32,000 bases of DNA from an uncultured Chloroflexia bacterium (lineage in GTDB: Bacteria > Chloroflexota > Anaerolineae > Anaerolineales > Anaerolineaceae), in assembly GCA_963704755.1 (NCBI GenBank), contig OY969938.1:1290001-1322000 (forward strand), read 5' to 3'. The notes beneath the pieces were generated by a model that was not told the origin of the DNA, made no database searches, and saw only the letters and a program-made list of their open reading frames with translations. This document shows, piece after piece, positions 1-8,429 of this stretch. The position numbers were made by a program, and so were the translations under genes. Every line of letters begins with the position of its first letter. The stretch's first letter is position 1.

Positions 1-503
1 CCGGCCCCAACTCGGCCAATCCACACGCCGTTCCAGGCGAGCGCCGCCTGCAAACCGGCGACCTGCTCCTGTTCGATTGGGGGGCCGCCTACCAGGGATA
101 TTTCTCTGACATCACCCGTACATTTGCCATCGGCGCGCCTTCGGCGGAGATGCGCGAAATCTACCAGGTAGTCCTGGAGGCCAACCAGGCCGGTCGCGCT
201 GCCGGCAAGCCGGGCCTGCGCGCCGGCGTCATCGATGACGCCGCCCGTGGGGTCATCAACCAGGCCGATTATGGCCCTTATTTCACCCACCGGACCGGTC
301 ACGGCCTGGGCATGCAAGCGCACGAGACCCCCTACATGTTCGCCGAAAATGACCTGCTGCTGGCCGAGGGAATGGTTTACACCGTCGAGCCGGGAATTTA
401 TCTGCCTGATAAAGGTGGCGTCCGCATTGAAGACGATGTCGTTGTCACTGCCGAAGGCTGCCAGTCCTTGACCGATTACCCCCGTGAGTTGACCGTCCTT
501 TAA
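1..503 (+). CDS. Xaa-Pro aminopeptidase / M24B metallopeptidase, C-terminal part (5' end outside window)
   Basis: The frame of ORF 150..503 stays open back to nt 3. The translation reads ANPHAVPGERRLQTGDLLLFDWGAAYQGYFSDITRTF...HRTGHGLGMQAHE...YTVEPGIY...GVRIEDD, the D/D/H/E/E metal-ligand pattern of the pita-bread M24 fold. Confidence 0.85.
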   Translation, partial: GPNSANPHAVPGERRLQTGDLLLFDWGAAYQGYFSDITRTFAIGAPSAEMREIYQVVLEANQAGRAAGKPGLRAGVIDDAARGVINQADYGPYFTHRTGHGLGMQAHETPYMFAENDLLLAEGMVYTVEPGIYLPDKGGVRIEDDVVVTAEGCQSLTDYPRELTVL

Positions 504-554
504 TTTCCATTTTCCGGCAAGTCTATACGTACCCATCAAAACGGAGCATCCAGG

Positions 555-1190
555 ATGGCATTAGAAATTGTCTCATATGCCCTCGGGCCCCTGTCCAACA
601 ACACCTATTTGTTGATCGACACCGCCACATCTCAGGCGGTTATCGTTGATCCATCCTTCGAGAGTCATGTCGTTGCCGAAAAGATCATCGCAGACAAGCT
701 GCGCCTGACTCAGATCTGGCTTACTCACGCCCATTTTGATCATATCGTCGGGGTCAAACTGTTTTCGGAATTTGGCCAACCCCCGCTGCCGATCGGGCTC
801 CACCCCGACGACCTGGACCTATATCACCAGGGTGGCGGAGCCAACCAGTTTGGTATCAAGATACCGGTCATGCCCGAGCCGACCCTTTTCTTCCACGATA
901 AAGAGACCCTCATGGTCGGCGAAGAGCCTATCGAAGTACGCCACACCCCCGGCCACAGCCCGGGCCATGTGATTTTTTATGCCGCCCAAAACGCGACTGC
1001 CCTGGTCGGTGATTTGATTTTTCTCGAAGGCGTCGGCCGCACCGATTTACCCGGCGGCAGCAGTACGCGGCTGCTCAGATCCATTTACACCCAAATATTG
1101 AACCTGCCGCCCGAAACTCGCTTACTGACCGGCCACGGTGAAGAAACCACCGTTAGGTATGAGAAAGAAAACAATCCCTATATCCGTTGA
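555..1190 (+). CDS. MBL-fold metallo-hydrolase (glyoxalase-II-like)
   Basis: 211-aa ORF with the HxHxDH motif (LTHAHFDHIVG), followed by HTPGHSPGH and GDLIF..GRTDLPGG. The size is typical of the family. Confidence 0.85.
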   Translation: MALEIVSYALGPLSNNTYLLIDTATSQAVIVDPSFESHVVAEKIIADKLRLTQIWLTHAHFDHIVGVKLFSEFGQPPLPIGLHPDDLDLYHQGGGANQFGIKIPVMPEPTLFFHDKETLMVGEEPIEVRHTPGHSPGHVIFYAAQNATALVGDLIFLEGVGRTDLPGGSSTRLLRSIYTQILNLPPETRLLTGHGEETTVRYEKENNPYIR

Positions 1191-1197
1191 TCCCATT

Positions 1198-2403
1198 ATG
1201 ACAGACCAACCCGATTGGGCCCCTAAAAATCTTTACTGGTTGCTGCCGTTTGTTTATTTCTTCAGCCGGATCATTATTTTTCTGGCTACAGTGCCATACA
1301 GCTTTTACGGTTTTGGCGACTTTACCGTCTATTACCGCTGGACGGTTCTGCCCGGCTGGCCTTTCCTCAATTACTGGATGGAATATCCGCCGCTGTTCCC
1401 CTTCCTTTCCGAAACCATTTATCGATTGACCGGCAGCAGCGAATTCCTGTATGATTTTGTGCTCAACATCCTGCTGGCAATCGCCGGGGCAATGACCATC
1501 CTGCTTTTTTACCGGATTGCCGCGAAGTTATACGGAGAAAAAGCCGGCCTGTTCAACATGGTTATCTTCTTTGCCTTTTTCTCATTCTTGCCTTATACCT
1601 GGTGGTATTACGACCTGATCCCTGTTTGCCTCATGATGGCCGGGATCTGGATGGTCATCAATCAACGCGATACGGCAGCAGGCATATGGATCGGGCTCGG
1701 CATCCTGGCCAAGTGGTTCCCACTCTTCCTGCTGCCCGGCCTGCTCGGCCATCGCCCGTTGAAGTCCTTCCTGAAAACAGCGCTCATCGCGGTTGGCATG
1801 ACCGGGATCGTTTTTGCCGCGCTCTACCTGGCTGCCCCAACCATGACCAAAGCCTCGCTGCTCTCCCAACCATCGCGCTCCTCCTGGGAGACGATTTGGG
1901 CGATGATCGATGGCAACCAGACTACCGGTGCGTTCGTGCTGCCGCAAGACCGCTTCCATCCAGAGGAAGCCAACATTCCCCGCGGAAACCCGGCTGTGAT
2001 TTCCACCAATATCACCCTGGCCGTCTTTTGTGTCATCGGTCTCTGGCTGCTGTGGCGGCGTAAGAATTTCAGCCCCCGCGGGTATATCGCCTTTACCGGC
2101 ATCACCTGGGCACTATTTCTGCTCTGGTCCCCGGGCTGGAGCCCCCAATGGATCCTCTACCTCATCCCGATCATGCTGCTGACCCTGCCCATGCAAAAGG
2201 GCGTGCTGATCACCATGGGCTTGATTGCCCTGACGATCTTCGAATGGCCATTCCTGTTGATGCGCAGTTTCTTCGAAAGCCTGTGGATCATTGCGCCGCT
2301 GCGCATGTTGATCCTGATCATCTTGATCATTCAATGGGCCCGAATTTGCCGCCAGTCACCCCCAACCACTGAACCCATTTACGAAGCCCAGGTAACGGCC
2401 TGA
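1198..2403 (+). CDS. Polytopic integral membrane protein, possibly a GT-C/DUF2029-like glycosyltransferase
   Basis: The ORF is open from 1138. I prefer the ATG at 1198, which lies 7 nt after the MBL stop, over a 53-nt overlap. There are about 10 hydrophobic helices (e.g. GIWIGLGILAKWFPLFLLPGLL). The function call rests on resemblance only. Confidence 0.6.
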   Translation: MTDQPDWAPKNLYWLLPFVYFFSRIIIFLATVPYSFYGFGDFTVYYRWTVLPGWPFLNYWMEYPPLFPFLSETIYRLTGSSEFLYDFVLNILLAIAGAMTILLFYRIAAKLYGEKAGLFNMVIFFAFFSFLPYTWWYYDLIPVCLMMAGIWMVINQRDTAAGIWIGLGILAKWFPLFLLPGLLGHRPLKSFLKTALIAVGMTGIVFAALYLAAPTMTKASLLSQPSRSSWETIWAMIDGNQTTGAFVLPQDRFHPEEANIPRGNPAVISTNITLAVFCVIGLWLLWRRKNFSPRGYIAFTGITWALFLLWSPGWSPQWILYLIPIMLLTLPMQKGVLITMGLIALTIFEWPFLLMRSFFESLWIIAPLRMLILIILIIQWARICRQSPPTTEPIYEAQVTA

Positions 2404-2455
2404 TCCGGCTTTACCCTCAAAACTGCGCAGTCTGCCAGGAAGAAACCCGGAAATT

Positions 2456-2512
2456 AGGGTGTATTTATGGTTTTTCGCGTGCTTCGCACGCGAAAAACCA
2501 TAAATACACCCT
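2456..2512. repeat. 27-bp perfect palindrome with a 3-nt loop; probable terminator hairpin and member of the GGTGT..ACACC palindrome family
   Basis: aGGGTGTATTTATGGTTTTTCGCGTGC-ttc-GCACGCGAAAAACCATAAATACACCCt, 53 nt downstream of the stop at 2403. Confidence 0.8.
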
Positions 2513-2585
2513 TCTCTTTTGTGGTATCTGAGCAGTTAAAATTTTTTATTATCTTTGCCGAAATTTTCGCTTAATCTAACCAGAG

Positions 2586-2591
2586 TATAAT
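2586..2591 (+). promoter_or_regulatory. Candidate -10 box (TATAAT) for the protease gene
   Basis: TATAAT lies 40 nt upstream of the ATG at 2631 in an AT-rich spacer. The -35 region is weak (ATTTTC at 17-nt spacing). GGAG sits 6 nt before the ATG. Confidence 0.3.
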
Positions 2592-2630
2592 GACCTCAAT
2601 ATTCAACGCAATTACCCTCCGGAGCCCCTA

Positions 2631-4721
2631 ATGGAATCTTCCAAAGTATGGATTATTGTTGTTGTCGTCCTGTTGGCTGCCTGTCTGTGTCTGTGCGGAA
2701 TTTGCCTGTTAGGCGGGTTCGCATTTTACAAATTTGGCAGCGCCACACCGATCATTTCCATTCCAACCCTTAGCGAACAAAATACCGGCATCCCCACCAA
2801 CCCATTTACCCAGGCAACTCACCTGCCGCAGCCCTCGGCTACGGTCGCCCCGGAAGCCTCGGCCACCCCAGAACCCCAGGCCACCCCAGACAGCGCCGCT
2901 TTCCAGACGCTTTCTGATCTCGACGCCGCCAATGTGCCCATCGGCGACCCGGTGGACCTGATCGGCCGGCTGGAGGGTGTCCACAACATTCCGCAAACCC
3001 TGCCTTTCCCAGGGATTTTCAAGGTTGGCGACCAACAGAAATTCTGGGTCTCCGATAACGACACCAGCGTCAACCGGCAGGCCACGGCGACCTTGCAGTA
3101 TGTCACCGACCATGCTTATTTCTGGGTCGAAAACGGGATTACTTTCAACCAGCAGGATTTAGCCGACCTGGCCAATACCTTCAACGATAAGATCTACCCG
3201 ACCGACCGGGAGTTCTTTGGATCCGAATGGAACCCCGGCATCGACAATGACCCGCGCATCTACATCTTGTACACCCACGGGTTGGGCAATAATATCGCCG
3301 CCTATTTCTCGTCCATTGATTCTGTCCCGCCCCAGGCCAACCCCTATTCCAATGGACACGAAATGTTTCTGATCAATGCCAATTCGACCAGCCTGGATAG
3401 CGATTACACCAAAGGTGTATTGGCTCACGAATTCCAACATATGATCCACTGGAACCTGGATCGCAACGAAGAAGGCTGGATGAACGAGGGCTTTTCCGAG
3501 CTGGCCGCCTTCCTGAACGGTTACGATACCGGCGGCTTCGATTCGCTTTTCAGCGCCGACCCGGACATTCAGTTGAACGATTGGCCCAACAATTCGTCGG
3601 CCACCTCCCCTCATTACGGCTCTTCGTTCCTCTTCCTGACCTATTTTCTGGATCGCTTCGGTGAAAATGCCACCAAGGCAGTGGTCGCTTCCCCCGAAAA
3701 CGGCCTGGAGAGCATCGATACGGTGCTTTCCAGCCTGAACGAAACCAATTCGGTCACCTCCAAACCCATCACAGCCGATGACGTCTTTGCCGATTGGGCC
3801 GTGGCCAACTACCTCGATGACCCATCCCTTCTGGATGGCCGCTATGCGTACCACAACTATCCCGCCCTGCCCGCCTTCGGGGATACCGAGCAGGTGGTCA
3901 ACTGCCAGGGTGAGACCGAATCTCATACGGTCCACCAGTATGGCACCGATTACATCCATTTCCTCTGCCCCGGTGACTTCACCATCAATTTCCAGGGCAG
4001 CGGCGTGGTTAAGGTCATTCCCGAAGGGGCTCATTCCGGGAATTTCGCCTTCTGGTCCAATAAAGGGGATGAATCGGATATGACTTTTACCCATACCTTC
4101 GATCTCACCAAAGCAACCGGTGACATCAGTATGGATTACTACACCTGGTACGACCTGGAAAAGGACTACGATTACCTCTACCTGGACGCCTCCACGGATA
4201 ATGGCCAGAGCTGGCAAATCCTCACCACACCAAATTGCACCACGGATAATCCTTCGGGCAATAGCTACGGCTGCGGCTACAACGGCCAGAGCGGCGGTTA
4301 CATCGAGCAGAATGTGGACCTCTCCCAATTTGCCGGCAAAACCGTGGAGCTGCGTTTCGAGTACGTTACCGACGCGGCGGTCAACGGCGAGGGTTTGCTG
4401 CTGGACGACGTTTCGATCCCGGCTATCGGCTATTCGACCGATTTCGAGACGGATGACGGCGGCTGGCAGGCCGATGGGTTCGTCCGCATCGACAACGAAC
4501 TGCCCCAGACCTACCGGGTCTCCCTTATCCACCTGGCCGACCCGATCAGCGTCGATACTTACACGGTTGACCCGGCCCAGAGCCTGAGCCTGGACGTCCA
4601 CCTGTCCAGTTCTCAGGATTCGGCCATATTGGTGGTCAGCGGAACGACCCGGTTTACCCGCCAGCCAGCCCCCTATACCTTCTCGGCCACGGTAGACTAC
4701 CAGGGCTCATCTTCTTCCTGA
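2631..4721 (+). CDS. Membrane-anchored/secreted zinc metalloprotease (gluzincin, MA clan) with a C-terminal beta-sandwich-like domain
   Basis: N-terminal signal-anchor helix (VWIIVVVVLLAACLCLCGICLLGGFAF), a Pro/Thr/Ala linker, then VLAHEFQHMIHW...EGWMNEGFSE (HEXXH plus an M1-like W-x-NEGF glutamate). The C-terminal segment FEYVTDAAVNGEGLLLDDVSI resembles the accessory domains of InhA-type proteases. Confidence 0.8.
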   Translation: MESSKVWIIVVVVLLAACLCLCGICLLGGFAFYKFGSATPIISIPTLSEQNTGIPTNPFTQATHLPQPSATVAPEASATPEPQATPDSAAFQTLSDLDAANVPIGDPVDLIGRLEGVHNIPQTLPFPGIFKVGDQQKFWVSDNDTSVNRQATATLQYVTDHAYFWVENGITFNQQDLADLANTFNDKIYPTDREFFGSEWNPGIDNDPRIYILYTHGLGNNIAAYFSSIDSVPPQANPYSNGHEMFLINANSTSLDSDYTKGVLAHEFQHMIHWNLDRNEEGWMNEGFSELAAFLNGYDTGGFDSLFSADPDIQLNDWPNNSSATSPHYGSSFLFLTYFLDRFGENATKAVVASPENGLESIDTVLSSLNETNSVTSKPITADDVFADWAVANYLDDPSLLDGRYAYHNYPALPAFGDTEQVVNCQGETESHTVHQYGTDYIHFLCPGDFTINFQGSGVVKVIPEGAHSGNFAFWSNKGDESDMTFTHTFDLTKATGDISMDYYTWYDLEKDYDYLYLDASTDNGQSWQILTTPNCTTDNPSGNSYGCGYNGQSGGYIEQNVDLSQFAGKTVELRFEYVTDAAVNGEGLLLDDVSIPAIGYSTDFETDDGGWQADGFVRIDNELPQTYRVSLIHLADPISVDTYTVDPAQSLSLDVHLSSSQDSAILVVSGTTRFTRQPAPYTFSATVDYQGSSSS

Positions 4722-4771
4722 ACGATCCGTCAGCAGCCGTGTTCTTGGATTGGAAGTTTCATCTACAAATT

Positions 4772-4822
4772 AGAATTAAAAGGATTGCGGGCGGCTGAGC
4801 CGCCCGCAATCCTTTTAATTCT
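4772..4822 (+). terminator. Intrinsic terminator of the protease gene (24-bp stem)
   Basis: AGAATTAAAAGGATTGCGGGCGGc-tga-gCCGCCCGCAATCCTTTTAATTCT followed by TTT, 50 nt after the stop at 4721. Confidence 0.75.
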
Positions 4823-4941
4823 TTTCAACCTGGCCGGCGTTTAGGCTCACCCCAAGAGCCCGGCCTGGTCCGATTTGCCGGTTTCCAGGCTGATTCAAGA
4901 AATCCCCACCCCTTTTTGAAAGGGAGCTGGAAACGGCAGCC

Positions 4942-4978
4942 AAAAAAGAAGCCCGGCTTATTAGCCGGGCCTCTTTTT
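4942..4978. terminator. Bidirectional intrinsic terminator (serves the MCP gene on the minus strand)
   Basis: AAAAAAGAA-GCCCGGCT-tatt-AGCCGGGC-CTCTTTTT. This is a GC stem flanked by an A-run and a T-run, about 20 nt downstream of the minus-strand stop at 4998. Confidence 0.75.
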
Positions 4979-4997
4979 ATTTCAATACTCAGGCCTG

Positions 4998-5528
4998 TCA
5001 GGCAGTGACTTTAGCTTCCAGCGCATCGACGCTTGCGACAAAATGATCCCAGGCCCGGTTGACCTGGTCGAGGGCCTTCTCGAAGTCTTCTTTATCTTCC
5101 TGTTGGGAGCAGTCCACCGCCCGGCTGACCGTTTCGTGAAGCTCGTTGTGCGCCTCTTCCATGGCTACAAATTCGGGCAGGTCGCTGTATTTTTCTTTGC
5201 CGGCCGAATCGGACCATTTACCCAGGGAGCACTCGTGGACACCCGTTATCCCCGCACTTTCCATCTCCTGGCCGCTCTTGCGGTCGTCATCCAGGCGAGT
5301 GACCCAGGCGTGATGCGCCTGTTTGACAATTTCGAAGAACATGGCTGGATCTTCTTCCTGATTGATGAGGAATTGGGCCACCACCTGGTTGAGGGTTTGG
5401 GCGATACCGGAGAAAGCCTGCACCGAGCCGGACACTTCCTCGACCTGGGCAGCCATTTCTTCGGTGGATGCGCTGATCTCTTCGACCGCTGCGCTGTTTT
5501 CTTCGCTGATACTGGCGATCGAACTCGA
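4998..5528 (-). CDS. 3' continuation of the MCP in the +1 frame: end of the signalling hairpin plus a chemoreceptor zinc-binding (CZB) domain
   Basis: From about 5528 downward, the frame of ORF 4998..5714 reads [30 protein letters not shown]...LNQVVAQF. It then reads HHAW..(x)..HECSLGKW..(x)..AHNELH, which fits the CZB H-x3-W / C-x-L-G-x-W / H-x3-H pattern. Upstream of about 5530 this frame is Arg/Ser/Trp nonsense. Confidence 0.75.
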   Translation of the reverse strand, partial: SSSIASISEENSAAVEEISASTEEMAAQVEEVSGSVQAFSGIAQTLNQVVAQFLINQEEDPAMFFEIVKQAHHAWVTRLDDDRKSGQEMESAGITGVHECSLGKWSDSAGKEKYSDLPEFVAMEEAHNELHETVSRAVDCSQQEDKEDFEKALDQVNRAWDHFVASVDALEAKVTA

Positions 5529-7377
5529 CTGCCAGGGTGACGTCGTTCGAGCTGGCCGCCATTTGCTCGGTCGCGGCCGAGTTCTGCTCCACCACCGCCG
5601 AGACGCGCTCCATCGCACCGACCAGGTTATCCGAGAGCGACTGGATCTGACCGGCGCTTCTAGCAATTTCCTCACCGAACTTTTGCCCATCCAGGCCGGC
5701 CTGGATGATGACACTCAGGGCCTGGCGGGATTGAGCGGCCAGGGTCGTACCCCGTTCGACCTCGCTGGCGCTCTCGTCCATCGAATTGATCGCCTCGGAG
5801 ACGGCCACCTGGATTTGTTTGATCAAACCGCTGATCTCACGGGTTGCGCTGGCGGATTTTTCGGCCAGTTTTCGCACCTCATCCGCCACCACAGCGAAAC
5901 CCTTACCATGTTCGCCGGCCCTGGCCGCTTCGATGGCGGCATTTAAGGCCAGCAGGTTGGTCTGGGAAGCAATCTCATCGATCGTCGCCAGAATGGTACC
6001 GATTTCCCTGGAGCGCGCCCCCATGTCCTTGACCTTCATCGCGGACTGAGACACCTTCTCACGGATATTTTCCATGCCTTTGACGGTATCTTCGACCGTC
6101 TTGGCGCTGCGCTCACTGTTGGCCACCAATTCGGCCGAGCCTTTTACCTGCAGGTCAGCGCTCTCTGAAATAGCCTTGATCGCAACGAAAATCTGGTCGG
6201 TTAATTCGGCCGCCTCGTTGACTGCACCGGCCTGCTCGTGAGCGCCGTTAGCCACCCCATTGATCGCCTTATTCATCTGGTCCACCGACGAGGCCGTCTG
6301 GTTGACCGAATTCGATTCCTGGTTAATTCCTTGGGATACCTGCTGGATGGTCATCGAAATCTGCGAACTGGCCAACCCGGCCTGGGAGGCTGCTTCGACA
6401 AGCTCGCCCGAGGATTTGCCCAGGACGAAAGCATTGCGCATGATCTCGCGGATCACGCTGTTCAAGTTCTCCACCATGGCGGCGAAGGCATTCCCGAGGA
6501 TATCTTTTTCGGATTTGGCGGTTACTTTCACGGTCAGGTCACCGGCGGCGATCTTCTTGGAAACGTCCGCCATATCCGTCAAATAAACCGACGTTTCTTC
6601 CAGGTCGCGGAAGAAATCGCCCATTTCATCCCTGCGCCGGATGAAGTTGTGGTAAGCCTTGCCTTCCATGGCCAGATCCAGGTCGCCCACGCTGATTTTT
6701 TTAATTGTTTGCGAAAGCATCTTGATCGGCGCGGTAATATTTTGTGAAATAACCAGCCCCAGGGTCACGGCTACAATCACACCGAACAGGCTGGCGATCA
6801 GCAGGATTAAGCGCGTACTTTTGAAGGAACTATCCGCCTGGTTATTCACCGCCTCGGCCAACTGGTTGTTCAACGTCACCAGTTGTGTAATTTCTGATTC
6901 GGCGGCCCGGTAATACGTTTTAAAATTACCCGACGAAATGGTAGCGGTCCATTTTTCTTCATCTCCGGCTTGAACGGCCTGGAGGACATCGTTGATCGCT
7001 TTACGGTAATTACTGTAAACCATGTTGAACTGCAACATGATTTTTGCCTGGTCGGCCGTCAGTTTGTTCTGCTCGAATTCTTGAACCAGGGCATCGGTCG
7101 CATCCAGGTCTTGTTGCAGGGTCTGGCCGATGTTATCGCGGTCGGCGGAGATGAAGATATATTCATAAACATCCCCCTTGGTATTGGCCAGGCTGGCGCT
7201 GAGCTCGCCCAATTGCTGGATCGGGATCGTATTATCGCGATACATGGTCTTGGTACCCTGGTCCAGAGTGCTGAGGTTTTGATAGCTGACCAGTGCAACG
7301 GCTGCCACAATTACAACCAACAGCATAAAACTGATTATTAACTTCGGTCCAGTTTTAATATGACTAATGAAATTCAT
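5287..7377 (-). CDS. Methyl-accepting chemotaxis protein (4-helix-bundle sensor, 2 TM, tandem HAMP, MA signalling domain); frame lost near 5515-5535
   Basis: The N-terminal TM is followed by a periplasmic helical module, a second TM ([21 protein letters not shown]), HAMP-like segments, and the conserved hairpin tip [34 protein letters not shown]. The last ~79 codons ([16 protein letters not shown]...) are Arg-rich nonsense, so they are read out of frame. Confidence 0.85.
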   Translation of the reverse strand: MNFISHIKTGPKLIISFMLLVVIVAAVALVSYQNLSTLDQGTKTMYRDNTIPIQQLGELSASLANTKGDVYEYIFISADRDNIGQTLQQDLDATDALVQEFEQNKLTADQAKIMLQFNMVYSNYRKAINDVLQAVQAGDEEKWTATISSGNFKTYYRAAESEITQLVTLNNQLAEAVNNQADSSFKSTRLILLIASLFGVIVAVTLGLVISQNITAPIKMLSQTIKKISVGDLDLAMEGKAYHNFIRRRDEMGDFFRDLEETSVYLTDMADVSKKIAAGDLTVKVTAKSEKDILGNAFAAMVENLNSVIREIMRNAFVLGKSSGELVEAASQAGLASSQISMTIQQVSQGINQESNSVNQTASSVDQMNKAINGVANGAHEQAGAVNEAAELTDQIFVAIKAISESADLQVKGSAELVANSERSAKTVEDTVKGMENIREKVSQSAMKVKDMGARSREIGTILATIDEIASQTNLLALNAAIEAARAGEHGKGFAVVADEVRKLAEKSASATREISGLIKQIQVAVSEAINSMDESASEVERGTTLAAQSRQALSVIIQAGLDGQKFGEEIARSAGQIQSLSDNLVGAMERVSAVVEQNSAATEQMAASSNDVTLAVEFDRQYQRRKQRSGRRDQRIHRRNGCPGRGSVRLGAGFLRYRPNPQPGGGPIPHQSGRRSSHVLRNCQTGASRLGHSPG

Positions 7378-7451
7378 CCGATTAATAACCCTCCCGCTCC
7401 ACTAAATATGATTTCGTAACGACCCCACCTGACGGACAGGAGACCCAATAC

Positions 7452-7488
7452 GAGGTGTTTGTGCGTGTAAACCACGCGCAAACACCTC
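7452..7488. repeat. 16-bp palindrome (one G.T pair, 5-nt loop), GGTGT..ACACC family, in the MCP 5' region
   Basis: GAGGTGTTTGTGCGTG-taaac-CACGCGCAAACACCTC, 75-110 nt upstream of the MCP start (7377, minus strand). Confidence 0.75.
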
Positions 7489-7667
7489 ATTATGGTGAAA
7501 CCTTACCATTAAGGTCGAGTAGCTACTCAATTTTTACGAATCCCAGGCCTCAAACAAATAGGGGAATAGAGATGATGCTGTAGCACAATCTATCTCTGAA
7601 TAGAATTTACGCCATTAACCGAAAACAAACCATAAAATTACCGTACAGCCAGAGTAAAAAACGTATT

Positions 7668-7716
7668 AAAAAACAAAGAACCTTTTCCTCATTTCTCCTC
7701 GAGGAAAGGCTCTTTG
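7668..7716 (-). terminator. Intrinsic terminator of the YtxH gene
   Basis: The minus strand reads CAAAGAGCCTTTCCTC-gaggagaaat-GAGGAAAAGGTTCTTTG followed by TTTTTT, about 40 nt after the stop at 7755. Confidence 0.7.
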
Positions 7717-7754
7717 TAACCTGCTAGTTTACAACGACACTTTTGCTTTTAGGT

Positions 7755-7979
7755 TCACTCTAATTTATAGCGGTTTTGGCGGAGGGCGTTTAGCTCCGTT
7801 TCCATCTCCTTACGCCGGTCCGTGGCTGCCTGGCGGACTTCACCAGACAGCCGGTTGAGCGAGTCATTCAACTGACCCTGGAGCGTCACACCGGAGGATG
7901 GGGCTAACAACAAAGCTACCGCACTTCCTACCACCGCTCCTAATACGGCCCCCAAAACAAATGAAGCAAATTTCCTCAT
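7755..7979 (-). CDS. YtxH domain-containing small membrane/stress protein
   Basis: MRKFASFVLGAVLGAVVGSAVALLLAPSSG followed by a charged coiled-coil tail. The ATG at 7977-7979 is preceded by GGAGG 5 nt upstream. The longer ORF to 8057 has no RBS. Confidence 0.8.
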   Translation of the reverse strand: MRKFASFVLGAVLGAVVGSAVALLLAPSSGVTLQGQLNDSLNRLSGEVRQAATDRRKEMETELNALRQNRYKLE

Positions 7980-8200
7980 AGCACCTCCTTCGAGCGGACT
8001 TTCTTTTTTCGCAATTGTCCAGCGGACGGATCGAACTCGATTGAATTCATTGGCCACCGGTAAGGCATGTTTCCGATATTCATCCTTAGCCGATGCCGGT
8101 GAAAAACAAGAAGAGCTTCCTCTTCAAAGGAACCAGCATATGTACCGTATATCCATTATACCGGATTGCTCCGGTGCGGAGGGGCCAATCAACAGTTTAC

Positions 8201-8229
8201 TTGATTTTTATCCTATTTCTATGTATGAT
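8201..8229 (+). promoter_or_regulatory. Candidate sigma70-type promoter (TTGATT-17-TATGAT) upstream of the transglutaminase gene
   Basis: Hexamers at 8201-8206 and 8224-8229 with a 17-nt spacer. This would give a ~195-nt leader before the ATG at 8430. Confidence 0.3.
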
Positions 8230-8429
8230 CCTTATTGCTTTTATCCAAATTGGATATCGCGACAAACGTCAAAAATATTGTGCGCCACAAATCCATGAAT
8301 TGCAAGTGTCTGGCAGCCCAATCGCGTCTGGCAATCACAGTGGTACGTGATTTGCCCGACCACCACCCCGGAATATTTTCTAAAAGCTGAGTCATTGCTT
8401 GGCTTTTTTTGCAGAACTGAGCAGGTCCA

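Noticed and set aside
1138-1197. The upstream start (1138 or 1159) for the membrane protein, and the long N-terminal extensions of ORFs 10858..12207, 22889..23575 and 7755..8057
   Set aside because: The extensions overlap neighbouring genes or lack an RBS, and they translate to Arg/Gly/Pro-rich sequence. Internal ATGs with an SD or an ATGA coupling fit better.
3159-4601. 480-aa ORF antisense to the protease gene
   Set aside because: Its composition is Gly/Val/Arg/Ala-rich with no motifs, which is typical of a shadow ORF in GC-rich DNA. The sense strand has a clear HEXXH protease sequence.
4998-7377. A chemotaxis gene cluster
   Set aside because: Only the receptor is present. The flanking genes are a protease and a YtxH protein, with no cheA/W/Y/R/B.
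7517-7528. Perfect 12-bp palindrome GAGTAGCTACTC upstream of the MCP gene as an operator
   Set aside because: About 8 such 12-bp palindromes are expected by chance in 32 kb (32000 x 4^-6), and there is no second copy or supporting context.
8025-8050. A T-arm-like string (GAGTTCGATCC on the minus strand) suggesting a tRNA
   Set aside because: No complementary T-stem, acceptor stem or anticodon arm can be drawn around it.
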